NCBI GenBank assembly: GCA_964005815.1 | Contig: CAXFSR010000017.1 | Location: 200,247 to 264,246, forward strand | Length of the DNA: 64,000 nucleotides | Direction of reading: 5' to 3' | Source of the DNA: an uncultured Nitrospinaceae bacterium | GTDB taxonomy: Bacteria > UBA8248 | Shown: one piece after another, positions 29,690 through 39,157 of the stretch | Layout of the letters: each line of letters starts with the position of its first letter | Position numbering within the stretch: position 1 is the first letter of the stretch | Position numbers and translations under genes: made by a program | Notes under the pieces: generated by a model | Told to the model about the DNA's origin: nothing | The model's input: only the letters and a program-made list of their open reading frames with translations | Database searches by the model: none

Positions 29690-30256
29690 TCAATTCCTAC
29701 CTAAAACTTTATCTAAAATTATTCCAGAAGCAGAGCGTACTGAAAGATGATTATATTTCAAATCTTTTGCACTCCTTAGTGGTAACAGGACAAAATCAGA
29801 GTTGTCAACAATTTCTTTAGACAAACCCCAACTAGTTCCAAAAAGCAACAAAAATGGACCCGGTTCCTTTGTAACTTTGTCTCGTAAAAATTCGTAACTT
29901 ATTTGAGTCGGATCATCTTTTGCCGTGGTTGCGACTACAAACGGCTTCTTACTTTCTATCTCAGCAATTCTTTTTATAACTACTTCTAAAGATTTAAAAA
30001 CTTCTACCAACTGGAGAGTCTCTGCTCTATCAGGATTGAACTTTTTTCCTTCTCCTATAACAAAATGGTTTACAACCCTCTCAACAAATTTCCTTTGTAT
30101 TTCCGAAGGATGAACGATAAAATATTTAGAAACTCCATAAGTTCGAGCAGAACGAGAAATATCATGAATATCTAAGCTAGTAATTGAAGATGTAGCTTCA
30201 TTCCCTAGATTATCCAAAACAGGATAATGAACTAATGCAATATATAAATTACCCAG
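29690..30256 (-). CDS. SPOUT-class RNA methyltransferase (TrmD-associated type)
   Basis: LDIHDISRSARTYG, LLFGTSWGL and YNHLSVRSA motifs. The conserved YIALVHYPV lies upstream of the track's TTG 30217, implying a CTG start at 30256. Confidence 0.85.
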   Translation of the reverse strand: MGNLYIALVHYPVLDNLGNEATSSITSLDIHDISRSARTYGVSKYFIVHPSEIQRKFVERVVNHFVIGEGKKFNPDRAETLQLVEVFKSLEVVIKRIAEIESKKPFVVATTAKDDPTQISYEFLRDKVTKEPGPFLLLFGTSWGLSKEIVDNSDFVLLPLRSAKDLKYNHLSVRSASGIILDKVLGRN

Positions 30257-30282
30257 TTTTTTAACCTTTATAAATAAAAGAT

Positions 30283-31005
30283 CTATTTTGTCTCTATATC
30301 TTTATCTGATAGCTTATTTTCGTCAAACAAATCTTTTCTGCGAATTTTTGTTCTTACTAATGATTCATTCTTTCTCCACATCTGAATTTCATCATGATTA
30401 CCTGACAAAAGAACATCAGGAACTTTCATCCCATTGTATTCTGCAGGACGTGTATAATGAGGATAATCTAACAAACCATCTGAAAAACTTTCATCTTCTA
30501 AAGAATTTTTGTTTGACAAAACCCCTGAAACCAAACGAGATAAGACATCAATAAAAATCATCGAAGGAATTTCCCCACCAGATAGAACATAATCACCAAC
30601 GGAAATCTCATCGTCAACACAAAACTCCCGAACACGCTCATCCACTCCTTCATATCTTCCACAAATCAGTAAAAATCGTTCTTTTTTTATTAAATTTCTC
30701 GCAATTTTTTGATTCAAAGTTCTACCCTGGGGCGTCATTAAAACTTTCCACAATTTTCCCTTAGAGTTTGTACTTGAAATTTTTTCGATAGCCTTAAAAA
30801 TTGGCTCAATTTTCAAAACCATACCTGCTCCACCCCCAAAGGGTTCATCATCAACTTTCTTATATGTCCCCTCAGAAAAATCTCTCAAATTCCAAACATT
30901 TAATTTAATCAATCCTTTTTCTATAGCTCTTCCAACTACACCTTGTTGAAAAACTTTATCAAATGAATTTGGGAAAATAGTTAAAACATCGAAATGAATA
31001 GACAT
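30283..31005 (-). CDS. trmD: tRNA (guanine37-N1)-methyltransferase
   Basis: VDDEPFGGGAGM, CGRYEGVDERV, GDYVLSGGE and YTRP; likely ATG 31005. Confidence 0.97.
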   Translation of the reverse strand: MSIHFDVLTIFPNSFDKVFQQGVVGRAIEKGLIKLNVWNLRDFSEGTYKKVDDEPFGGGAGMVLKIEPIFKAIEKISSTNSKGKLWKVLMTPQGRTLNQKIARNLIKKERFLLICGRYEGVDERVREFCVDDEISVGDYVLSGGEIPSMIFIDVLSRLVSGVLSNKNSLEDESFSDGLLDYPHYTRPAEYNGMKVPDVLLSGNHDEIQMWRKNESLVRTKIRRKDLFDENKLSDKDIETK

Positions 31006-31028
31006 ATGATTTTCACAGCCATAGAAAT

Positions 31029-31532
31029 TTAAGTAAGAGGTATTTTGATAATCCACTTATTATCTTTAAAACCGAGGACAAATTGTTTTACTGCAGGAAT
31101 TAAAATTTCTTCACCATCAAGATTTTTTAGTACTAGAACGTCATTGCCTCCACTACCGATTAAATCTGTAAAATATCCTACTTCATTTCCTTCATCATCA
31201 AAAACTTTATAACCTTCAAAGTCTTCCCAATAAAAGACACCTTCATCCTTACCTTTAAGACATTTTCTCTCTACTGAGACTATCTTTCCAGAAACAAACT
31301 CAGCTCTTTCTAAGGAATCAATTCCGTCCAATTTCCAAATTTGAAATTTCTTCCCATGAGGCACAACCGAAAGAACCTTAAAAAACGAATCATCTAAATC
31401 CTTAAGGGAAACTTCTTCCACAAGAGAATAATCCTCAAAATAATCCAACCACGGCTTAAATTTGATCAAACCCTTGTAGCCATGAGGCTTTACTATAACC
31501 CCAACTTCTATTTTATCTTTCTTTTCGGTCAT
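31029..31532 (-). CDS. rimM: Ribosome maturation factor RimM
   Basis: GVIVKPHGYKG, FYWEDFEG and NDVL...ILIPAV; lies between rpsP and trmD. Confidence 0.9.
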   Translation of the reverse strand: MTEKKDKIEVGVIVKPHGYKGLIKFKPWLDYFEDYSLVEEVSLKDLDDSFFKVLSVVPHGKKFQIWKLDGIDSLERAEFVSGKIVSVERKCLKGKDEGVFYWEDFEGYKVFDDEGNEVGYFTDLIGSGGNDVLVLKNLDGEEILIPAVKQFVLGFKDNKWIIKIPLT

Positions 31533-31539
31533 TTAAGGC

Positions 31540-31785
31540 CTAAGAGTCAATACCTTTTTTCTTGAGTATACTTCTTACCGTCACTGTAGGTTTTGCACCT
31601 TTCCCTAACCAGTGCTTGGCTTTCTCTTCATCGATGTCTATCAATGGGGGATCTTGCATTGGATCGTAACGACCAATCCACTCTAGAAATCGACCATCCC
31701 TTGGCATACGTTCATCCTGAACAACTACTCTGTAGCGGGGATCCTTTTTTTTTCCGCGTCTTGCTAGTCTAATTTTAACAACCAA
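31540..31785 (-). CDS. rpsP: 30S ribosomal protein S16
   Basis: VKIRLAR.G.KK.P.YRVVV.D.R.PRDG and WLGKGAKPT motifs. Confidence 0.97.
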   Translation of the reverse strand: MVVKIRLARRGKKKDPRYRVVVQDERMPRDGRFLEWIGRYDPMQDPPLIDIDEEKAKHWLGKGAKPTVTVRSILKKKGIDS

Positions 31786-31796
31786 ATGAAATCTCC

Positions 31797-33119
31797 TTAA
31801 GATTTAAACATCTTCTTAACAAACCCAAGTTTATCTTTATTCTTAGTTTTAGAAAACTTACCCATTATCTTTCTAGTCTGCATAAACTGTTTTAACAGGC
31901 GATTGACGTCTTGCACAAGTACTCCACTCCCATTTGCAATTCTTTTTCTTCTACTACCCTTAATAATTTCAGGAAAAATTCTTTCTTTATGTGTCATAGA
32001 ATCAATTATAGCAATATTCCTATAAATTTGTTTTTCGTCAAAATCTACATCCTTTATCTTTGAAGGAACACCCGGCAATGAAGAAAGCATATCATTTATG
32101 GATCCAACTTTTTTCATTTGTTTTAATTGTTCCTTCATAGTTTCTAGATTAAAAACATCATCAGAAATCATCTCCATTTCTTCAATGGGTACTGATGCCT
32201 CTGCTTTTTCAATTAAGGAAAAAATATCTCCCATTCCTAAAATACGAGAAGCCATTTTTTCTGGATCAAATTCCTCTATATCAGCAATTTTTTCTCCAAC
32301 ACCAACAAACCTTACAGGCAAATTTGTGACAGAGCGTATAGAAAGAACTGCTCCTCCTCTAGAATCTCCATCAAATTTCGTGAAAATCACTCCTGTTAGA
32401 TCAATTCTATTAGAAAATGACTCTCCAAGTGAAACTGCATCCTGACCTGCCATAGAATCTACTACAAGGATAGATTCATCAGGCTTTGATATCTGATGTA
32501 TTTCCTTTAATTCTGCCATTAAATCATCATCATCACTTAATCTTCCTGAACTATCAATTATACAATAATCATAATGTCCCTTTTTTCCCTCTTCTAAAGC
32601 ATTTTTCACAAGCGGAACAGGACTTTTAAAATCAATTGGATCAAAAAAATCAACTTCTGCTTGTTGTGATAGAACCTTCAATTGTTTCACTGCAGCAGGT
32701 CTAGCAAGATCTGCAGGAACTAACAATACTCTCATGCCTTTATCTTTAAAACTTTTAGCAACCTTCCCAGCTGTAGTAGTCTTACCTGAACCTTGAAGTC
32801 CTACTAATAGTATAACAGTTGGCCCAAATTCAACTCTCTTAAATGGATTTGATTTCATCCCCATTAAATTTATCAATTCTTCTTTTACAGCCTTTATAAC
32901 TTGCTGAGAGGGATCTAAATGAGCGGCTTTTTGAACACCGATTAATTTCTCTCTAACCTTCTCAATGAATTTTTTTGCTACATTAAAATTAACATCAGCT
33001 TCAAGAAAAGCCATACGGATTTCTCTCAAAACAACGTCAATGTTTTCCTCACTCAACAAACCCTTCTGTCGGAGATCTGAAAAAATACCTGTCAAACGAC
33101 TAGTTAAAGACTCAAACAC
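31797..33119 (-). CDS. ffh: Signal recognition particle protein
   Basis: GLQGSGKTT, DSSGRL, TKFDGDSRGG, RILGMGD and M-domain; likely GTG 33119. Confidence 0.97.
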   Translation of the reverse strand: MFESLTSRLTGIFSDLRQKGLLSEENIDVVLREIRMAFLEADVNFNVAKKFIEKVREKLIGVQKAAHLDPSQQVIKAVKEELINLMGMKSNPFKRVEFGPTVILLVGLQGSGKTTTAGKVAKSFKDKGMRVLLVPADLARPAAVKQLKVLSQQAEVDFFDPIDFKSPVPLVKNALEEGKKGHYDYCIIDSSGRLSDDDDLMAELKEIHQISKPDESILVVDSMAGQDAVSLGESFSNRIDLTGVIFTKFDGDSRGGAVLSIRSVTNLPVRFVGVGEKIADIEEFDPEKMASRILGMGDIFSLIEKAEASVPIEEMEMISDDVFNLETMKEQLKQMKKVGSINDMLSSLPGVPSKIKDVDFDEKQIYRNIAIIDSMTHKERIFPEIIKGSRRKRIANGSGVLVQDVNRLLKQFMQTRKIMGKFSKTKNKDKLGFVKKMFKS

Positions 33120-33200
33120 ATAACCCCCCAAAATCACAAAAAGTGTCTTATAGAGTAATAAGAAGTATTATGTCAATTACCAGAAAAGTAAAACCGTGAT

Positions 33201-33875
33201 TTATCCTCTAAGCAAACTGATGGTTTTTGCATAATCATTAGAACCAAAAATAGCTGTCCCTGCAACTAAAACATCAGCTCCAGATTTTCGAATTTCTTCA
33301 GCATTATAAATATTCACTCCTCCATCAACCTCTAAAAGAACATTTAGGTTTTCTTCTTCAATATAAGAATGAATCTGCTTTATTTTCTCTAACGAAGATG
33401 GAATAAAAGACTGACCACCAAAACCGGGATTTACACTCATTAAAAGGACTATATCAACTTGATCCAAAATAGAATTTATTGCGCTAAATGGAGTTTCAGG
33501 ATTTAAACTTATTCCTACTAAGACATCCTTAGATTTAATCATCTTAACCGTTTCTTGAAAATCTGAAATTGCTTCTATGTGAAAGGTAATAATATCGGCA
33601 CCAGCATCAATGAACTCTTTAATCATCATTTCTGGATGAGAAATCATCAAATGAACATCTAAAACTATATTTGGACAGCATTTTCTTGTAGTATGCACAA
33701 ACTGAGGTCCAAATGAAATATTTGGCACAAAATGCCCATCCATAATATCCAAGTGTAACCAGTCAGCACCGGATTTCTCAACCAATAGAAGTTCATCTTT
33801 AAGATTTTCAAAATTGCTTGCTAGTACTGAAGGTGCAATTTTTATTTTACCACGCGTTAAATCTAGACTTGGCAT
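33201..33875 (-). CDS. rpe: Ribulose-phosphate 3-epimerase
   Basis: HLDIMDGHFVPN, DVHLM, MSVNPGFGGQ and EVDGG; likely ATG 33875. Confidence 0.96.
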   Translation of the reverse strand: MPSLDLTRGKIKIAPSVLASNFENLKDELLLVEKSGADWLHLDIMDGHFVPNISFGPQFVHTTRKCCPNIVLDVHLMISHPEMMIKEFIDAGADIITFHIEAISDFQETVKMIKSKDVLVGISLNPETPFSAINSILDQVDIVLLMSVNPGFGGQSFIPSSLEKIKQIHSYIEEENLNVLLEVDGGVNIYNAEEIRKSGADVLVAGTAIFGSNDYAKTISLLRG

Positions 33876-33885
33876 TTTTCCCCTG

Positions 33886-34836
33886 TCAATGATCTTGTTC
33901 TTCAACAAGTTCGTTATCTAAAAAGATTTTCACTCTATTATACCCCGTAGAGGGAATCAAGGTATGAATTTTCTCTCCCGCTCTTACTTTTTTTGAAAAA
34001 ATTTCCTTTTCTTGACCTTTCTCTAATAGAACAATTCGAATTCTACGTTCAAACGAACCTGATGGCACCGTATATCTTAAAACACTAAAATTACCTGCAA
34101 TCTGGTCCAAACCTCTAGCTACTTTAACATGTACGCTATGACCTGCCAGAACTTTTTTCCCAGACAGAGGCACCTGAGAAATGATATAGCCTCTAGGAAT
34201 ACCTTGAGTATCTACATATTTCACTCTCCCAACTGTTAAACCTAACTTACGTACGATATCTAATCCAGAATTTACTGAAGTCCCAACTATTCTTGGCATG
34301 GAGTAAGCTCTTTCTCTTGAACCTTGACTTACAATCAAAACAACACCCTCTCCTCTTCTTACCTTAGTCTTAGGACTTGGCCATATTCCCATAACCTGAG
34401 AAAAAGAGACATCAGAATTATAAACTCTTCCTAAATACTTAACTCGTAATCCGTTCAAACGAACTAAAGTTTCTGCCCTGTTAACATTTTCACCAACAAC
34501 CTTTGGAACTTCAACATCACGAGAACCAAGACTGATAATTAGACCTACATTTCTGCCCTTTCTTATTCTCCTTCCACCAGTAGGTATTTGTTCAATGACA
34601 TGATTCCTAGGAATAGAATCACTGAAGGAGTGTTTCTTTACTGTCACTGGAATATCAAGACTACCATACTTCTCCAACACTCTACCTACATCCATACCAA
34701 CTACATTTGGGAGATAAACCGAACCTCCAGTTCTAAAAAGATAAAGCCCAAAAATACCTCCTACGACAATTGTAAACATTATCAAAACAAAACATATGAA
34801 ATACTTTAAAACCGTCTTAATCTCAATTGTCATCAT
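33886..34836 (-). CDS. Membrane-anchored PASTA-domain protein (three repeats, no kinase domain)
   Basis: One N-terminal TM helix followed by LPNVVG, VPKVVG and MPRIVG repeats with QxP...V.L.VS.G. Confidence 0.85.
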   Translation of the reverse strand: MMTIEIKTVLKYFICFVLIMFTIVVGGIFGLYLFRTGGSVYLPNVVGMDVGRVLEKYGSLDIPVTVKKHSFSDSIPRNHVIEQIPTGGRRIRKGRNVGLIISLGSRDVEVPKVVGENVNRAETLVRLNGLRVKYLGRVYNSDVSFSQVMGIWPSPKTKVRRGEGVVLIVSQGSRERAYSMPRIVGTSVNSGLDIVRKLGLTVGRVKYVDTQGIPRGYIISQVPLSGKKVLAGHSVHVKVARGLDQIAGNFSVLRYTVPSGSFERRIRIVLLEKGQEKEIFSKKVRAGEKIHTLIPSTGYNRVKIFLDNELVEEQDH

Positions 34837-36194
34837 TTTCTTCTTTTCCACCTCATAGCATAAAAACCATCTATATTTCCATCCTCTGGTTTTATCTGCA
34901 AAGAACCATCTGTTTGAATAAATTGCATTGCACTATCAGGAAAATTTGATTTATCTACATTTACAAAAAATTCTTTAGATGTAAATGCAGATGTTACTAA
35001 ATCCGTTTCTTCTGGTTCGTTACTGCAAACAGAATACACTAAAACGCCACCTGGTCTAACAGATTTAGAAACTGCATCAAGAAGATGTTTTTGTCGTTTG
35101 GAAAAATCTTTTAATTTATTTCTTTCCAAACGCCATCTTGCATCAGGATGTCGTCTTAGCACGCCTAAAGAAGAACAAGGAGCATCTAATAAAACTAGAT
35201 CAAAAACATCATTGAAAATTTCATCCAGCACATCTGCTATCAAAATATTGACTTTAGCATTCATTCTAAAGCAATTAATCTTTAATCTATCAATTCTACT
35301 AACAGAAAAATCAGAAGCCAAAACGTTCCCATTTTCTCCTAATGAAAGATAAAGACCTACTGTCTTACCTCCAGGGGCAGCACAACTATCCCAAATGAGA
35401 TTGCCAGATTTTGGATTTGCATAACGCGTAACCAAGCTTGAAGCCTCATCTAGTATCCAAAAAGCTCCTTCCCTAAACAAATCGTTATCCGTTAGAGAGT
35501 TATTTCTTACATTTGGAGAAGTAGCTAAATGCAAACAATCAGGATCAAACAATCCTGGGGTAAGATTGTAACCCATGCTTACTAATCTATCCGACAAATC
35601 TTCTACGCTTCCCCATTTTAGATTCACTCTCAAAACAACATTAGGAATCTGATTATTACTTTGGCAACGATTTTTAGCCAGTTCAGGACCTAATTCTTTT
35701 GTCCATTTTCTTGTTAACCATTTTGGATGTGATTCCCAAATTGATAAATCTTTAATTATTTCTTCTGATGGAAAAGGTTTAGAGTTTGATATTTTTCTTA
35801 AAACAGCATTCACTAAACCTTTTGCCCAGATGTCTTTTGTATTTTTCAGTAAATCTACTGAAGTATTTATTGCACTATAATTTGGAATTCTATCCAGAAA
35901 AATTAACTGATACACTCCTATTCGAAGAGCCTGTTTAATTTGATGGCTTAATCTATCAATTGGTTTATTTAAAAAAATCTCATATGTCCAATCTAAACGA
36001 TTTCTCCAACGTAAAACTCCATAAATAATCTCACGCAAAAGTGTTTTATCTCTATTATCAAGATCATGTGGACAGAATTTTTTGAAAAGGTCAGTTGTAT
36101 GTTGCGGATTGTTTTCAAAATAATTTAATGCTTTAAATGCTATTTCTCTAATATCTACACTTTCCTTATTTTTTTTAATTTTAGACAAAATCAT
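34833..36194 (-). CDS. rsmB: 16S rRNA m5C967 methyltransferase RsmB
   Basis: NusB-like N-terminus, CAAPGGK, DAPCS, YSVCS and DGFY; lies downstream of fmt. Confidence 0.93.
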   Translation of the reverse strand: MILSKIKKNKESVDIREIAFKALNYFENNPQHTTDLFKKFCPHDLDNRDKTLLREIIYGVLRWRNRLDWTYEIFLNKPIDRLSHQIKQALRIGVYQLIFLDRIPNYSAINTSVDLLKNTKDIWAKGLVNAVLRKISNSKPFPSEEIIKDLSIWESHPKWLTRKWTKELGPELAKNRCQSNNQIPNVVLRVNLKWGSVEDLSDRLVSMGYNLTPGLFDPDCLHLATSPNVRNNSLTDNDLFREGAFWILDEASSLVTRYANPKSGNLIWDSCAAPGGKTVGLYLSLGENGNVLASDFSVSRIDRLKINCFRMNAKVNILIADVLDEIFNDVFDLVLLDAPCSSLGVLRRHPDARWRLERNKLKDFSKRQKHLLDAVSKSVRPGGVLVYSVCSNEPEETDLVTSAFTSKEFFVNVDKSNFPDSAMQFIQTDGSLQIKPEDGNIDGFYAMRWKRRK

Positions 36195-36213
36195 CTTCTT
36201 AATTTTAAAATAC

Positions 36214-37167
36214 CTAGATATTTACAAATATACTTCCATTTACTATTGGAAATCCTTTCAAAAAATCTTCCGCATCTAGAACCTTCTTTCCTGATAATTG
36301 TACTTTTAATAACAACAAATCACCTTTTCCTGTTCTTACTCTTAAACCAACTCCTAATTTACATTTCGCTAGGCCTAAAAATGTTCCGGGTCTCGCAAGA
36401 ACTTTACTTTCAGATTCAATAACAAATGCATCCCAGATTCTTACTCTATACTTACCTTCTGACAAATAACTTTCTGCTACTGGCCAAGATTTAAAAGCTC
36501 TAATTTTACGTTCAATATCTACAGCACTCTTTTGCCAATCTATCTTTGCTTCATCTTTATGTATTTTTTCTGCAAAAGTTACTTTCGATTCATCTTGTTC
36601 TTTCTCTTTCAACTCAATACTAGATATCTTTTCTATAGTATCTTTTAACAGAATAGCTCCAATAGTTGACATTCTCTCATATAAAGAATCAGCAGTTTCT
36701 CTTTCATGAATAGAAATTTTCTTTTCTGCTAAAATTGGACCTGCATCCATCTCTGGAATTAATCGTATAATAGATACACCCGTTTCTTTGTCCCCATGGA
36801 GAATAGCTCGTTGTATTGGTGCAGCTCCTCTCCAACGTGGCAACAATGATCCATGGAGATTTATAGTTCCTTTTTTGGGGATCCCAAGGAACTTCTTACT
36901 CAATATCTGTCCATATGCTACTACTACACAAAGATCGGGCTCTAAATCTGATATGTCCTTTGAAGTGATTCTTTCTGGTTGTTTTACTTCTAGTCCCAGA
37001 CAATTGGATGTTTCCTTGACTGGAGAAATATGTAGTTTCCTACCTCTACCCGATTTTCTGTCAGGTTGACAAAACACCCTTACTAGTTCTCCAGAAGATT
37101 TTTGCAATGCCTCCAATGATGGAACTGCAAAATCGGGAGTTCCAAGAAAAACTATTCTCATAATCAT
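36214..37167 (-). CDS. fmt: Methionyl-tRNA formyltransferase
   Basis: FLGTPDFAVPSL, NLHGSLLPRWRGAAPIQ and MDAG motifs. Confidence 0.97.
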   Translation of the reverse strand: MIMRIVFLGTPDFAVPSLEALQKSSGELVRVFCQPDRKSGRGRKLHISPVKETSNCLGLEVKQPERITSKDISDLEPDLCVVVAYGQILSKKFLGIPKKGTINLHGSLLPRWRGAAPIQRAILHGDKETGVSIIRLIPEMDAGPILAEKKISIHERETADSLYERMSTIGAILLKDTIEKISSIELKEKEQDESKVTFAEKIHKDEAKIDWQKSAVDIERKIRAFKSWPVAESYLSEGKYRVRIWDAFVIESESKVLARPGTFLGLAKCKLGVGLRVRTGKGDLLLLKVQLSGKKVLDAEDFLKGFPIVNGSIFVNI

Positions 37168-37314
37168 GAATTCCTTTGAGAATTTGGAAAACTACCAAAA
37201 TCAGTGAAGTGTTTTTCTTCTACGTGAGTTTATTAAAAAATGCAATTCTGAGGAGTCAAAAGTTACTTATATACGGCAGGGAGAAAAAAAGCTAGCTATA
37301 CAAAACTTCAAAAA

Positions 37315-37370
37315 TTAAAATCCGTTTGAGTATATAAATTTTTAAGATAAATTGCTCAAACGGATTTTAA
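37315..37370. repeat. 16-bp perfect inverted repeat just downstream of recA (terminator-like)
   Basis: TTAAAATCCGTTTGAG (37315-37330) and CTCAAACGGATTTTAA (37355-37370), 24-nt loop. Confidence 0.7.
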
Positions 37371-37375
37371 CCTTA

Positions 37376-38494
37376 CTATTTAGGTACAGAAGTACTCTTA
37401 CTCGCTGTATTTTCATTTTTCTCTATTACTGATTCAGTTTCTTCTGTAGAATTATTTCTTACAATTCCCATACTCGTCCTGACTCTAGATTCTACTTCCT
37501 TTAAAATATCTGCATTCTCCAAGAAATAACTCTTTACGTTTTCTCTACCTTGTCCAATACGTTCTCCATTAAAAGAATACCATGCACCAGATTTTTCTAC
37601 GATTTTATTTTCAACTGCTAAATCAAGCACATCTCCCTCTTTCGAGATTCCTTTTCCAAACATAATATCAAATTCAGCAGTTTTAAATGGCGGAGATAAC
37701 TTATTCTTTACTACTCTGACTCTGGTCCTATTTCCAACATTATCCTCTCCATTTTTAATTGTAGCAATTCTTCGCACATCCAATCTAACCGAAGAATAAA
37801 ACTTGAGAGCATTACCTCCAGTCGTAGTCTCAGGATTCCCAAACATTACTCCTATCTTCATTCTAATTTGATTGATAAAGATAAAACATGTTTTACTCCG
37901 ATGTACTACACCCGTAAGCTTCCTTAGAGCTTGACTCATTAAACGTGCTTGCAATCCCACATGATGGTCTCCCATGTCTCCTTCTAGTTCAGCTTTTGGT
38001 ACAAGAGCAGCTACTGAATCTATTACAACAACATCTAGAGAACCGCTACTAGTCAAAATTTCAGCTATTTCGAGTGCCTGCTCTCCTGTATCTGGTTGAG
38101 AAAGAATCAAACCATCAGTATGTACACCAAGAGCTTTCGCATAAACAGGGTCTAAGGCATGTTCAGCATCTATAAAAGCAGCAGTACCACCTCGTTCTTG
38201 AACTTCCGCAATTATTTGCAACGCTATTGTCGTCTTTCCAGATGACTCTGGACCATAAATTTCAACAATTCTACCTCTAGGGACACCACCTGTACCCAAC
38301 GCAGAATCTAATGAAACGGAACCAGTACTGATAGTAGGAATTCTTTCTAACGCCGGGCCTTCGCCCAATCGCATGATCGACCCTTTCCCAAATTGTTGGT
38401 TAATTTGCGAAAATGCAATATCTAAGGCTTTATTCTGATTTCCATTATTTAACTCTTTTTTTGAACTGCCATTTTTAGAACTCACGAAACTCAC
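37376..38494 (-). CDS. recA: Recombinase RecA
   Basis: [29 protein letters not shown] and GGNALKFY motifs. Confidence 0.99.
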   Translation of the reverse strand: MSFVSSKNGSSKKELNNGNQNKALDIAFSQINQQFGKGSIMRLGEGPALERIPTISTGSVSLDSALGTGGVPRGRIVEIYGPESSGKTTIALQIIAEVQERGGTAAFIDAEHALDPVYAKALGVHTDGLILSQPDTGEQALEIAEILTSSGSLDVVVIDSVAALVPKAELEGDMGDHHVGLQARLMSQALRKLTGVVHRSKTCFIFINQIRMKIGVMFGNPETTTGGNALKFYSSVRLDVRRIATIKNGEDNVGNRTRVRVVKNKLSPPFKTAEFDIMFGKGISKEGDVLDLAVENKIVEKSGAWYSFNGERIGQGRENVKSYFLENADILKEVESRVRTSMGIVRNNSTEETESVIEKNENTASKSTSVPK

Positions 38495-38583
38495 TCCTCA
38501 CAAATAATATTTACGGGCTTTTTAATTATACATTGATCTAAATTTTCATCCAAACTAAAAATCATTACAGTAAATATAACATT

Positions 38584-38676
38584 ACTTTCGTATTTTATAC
38601 GCCATAACTACAACGAAAGTCAAGCAAATATTTAAAAGAAAAAATAATTGACTTTCGTATTTTTTTCGTATAAAAC
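38584..38676. promoter_or_regulatory. Divergent recA/umuD promoters with a shared repeated motif (candidate SOS operator)
   Basis: TTGACTTTCGT...CGTATAAAA occurs on both strands; ACTTTCGTATTTT occurs at 38584 and 38651; palindrome CGTAT-TTT-ATACG at 38589-38601. Confidence 0.5.
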
Positions 38677-38703
38677 AAGTTTTTTATATTCTCAGAGATT
38701 ATA

Positions 38704-39138
38704 ATGAACATAAATTCATACGGAAAAATATCGTCTTTTAGTATTAAAAAAAATGTAATAATTCCTCTCTACGATGATCGTATTTCAGCTGGCTTCCCTT
38801 CACCTGCAGAAGATCATTTAGAAAAAAATTTAGATCTAAATGAATACTTGATTAAGAATCCAAATTCTACCTTTTTCGTACGTGTACAAGGAGAATCAAT
38901 GCTTGGATCAGGAATAAACTCGGATGACATATTAATTGTTGATCGATCGTTAGAAGCATCTAACGGAAAAATAATTATCGCTGTCTTATACGGAGAATTA
39001 ACTGTTAAACGCCTCCGATTTTCAAAAAATGAAATGTGGCTTGATGCAGATAATGAAAAATTTGACCCGATTAAAGTTACAGAAGAGATGAACTTTCATA
39101 TTTGGGGTATAGCAACAAATGTTATTCACAAATTATAA
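38704..39138 (+). CDS. umuD: DNA polymerase V accessory subunit UmuD (S24 peptidase)
   Basis: SAGFPSPA cleavage site, GESM catalytic Ser and TVKRL catalytic Lys; no HTH. Confidence 0.95.
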   Translation: MNINSYGKISSFSIKKNVIIPLYDDRISAGFPSPAEDHLEKNLDLNEYLIKNPNSTFFVRVQGESMLGSGINSDDILIVDRSLEASNGKIIIAVLYGELTVKRLRFSKNEMWLDADNEKFDPIKVTEEMNFHIWGIATNVIHKL

Positions 39139-39157
39139 AAAAACGACAAATCCCGAT

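Noticed and set aside
38704..39138. UmuD as a LexA repressor
   Set aside because: No N-terminal HTH; it has the UmuD-type AGFPSPA site and is paired with umuC.
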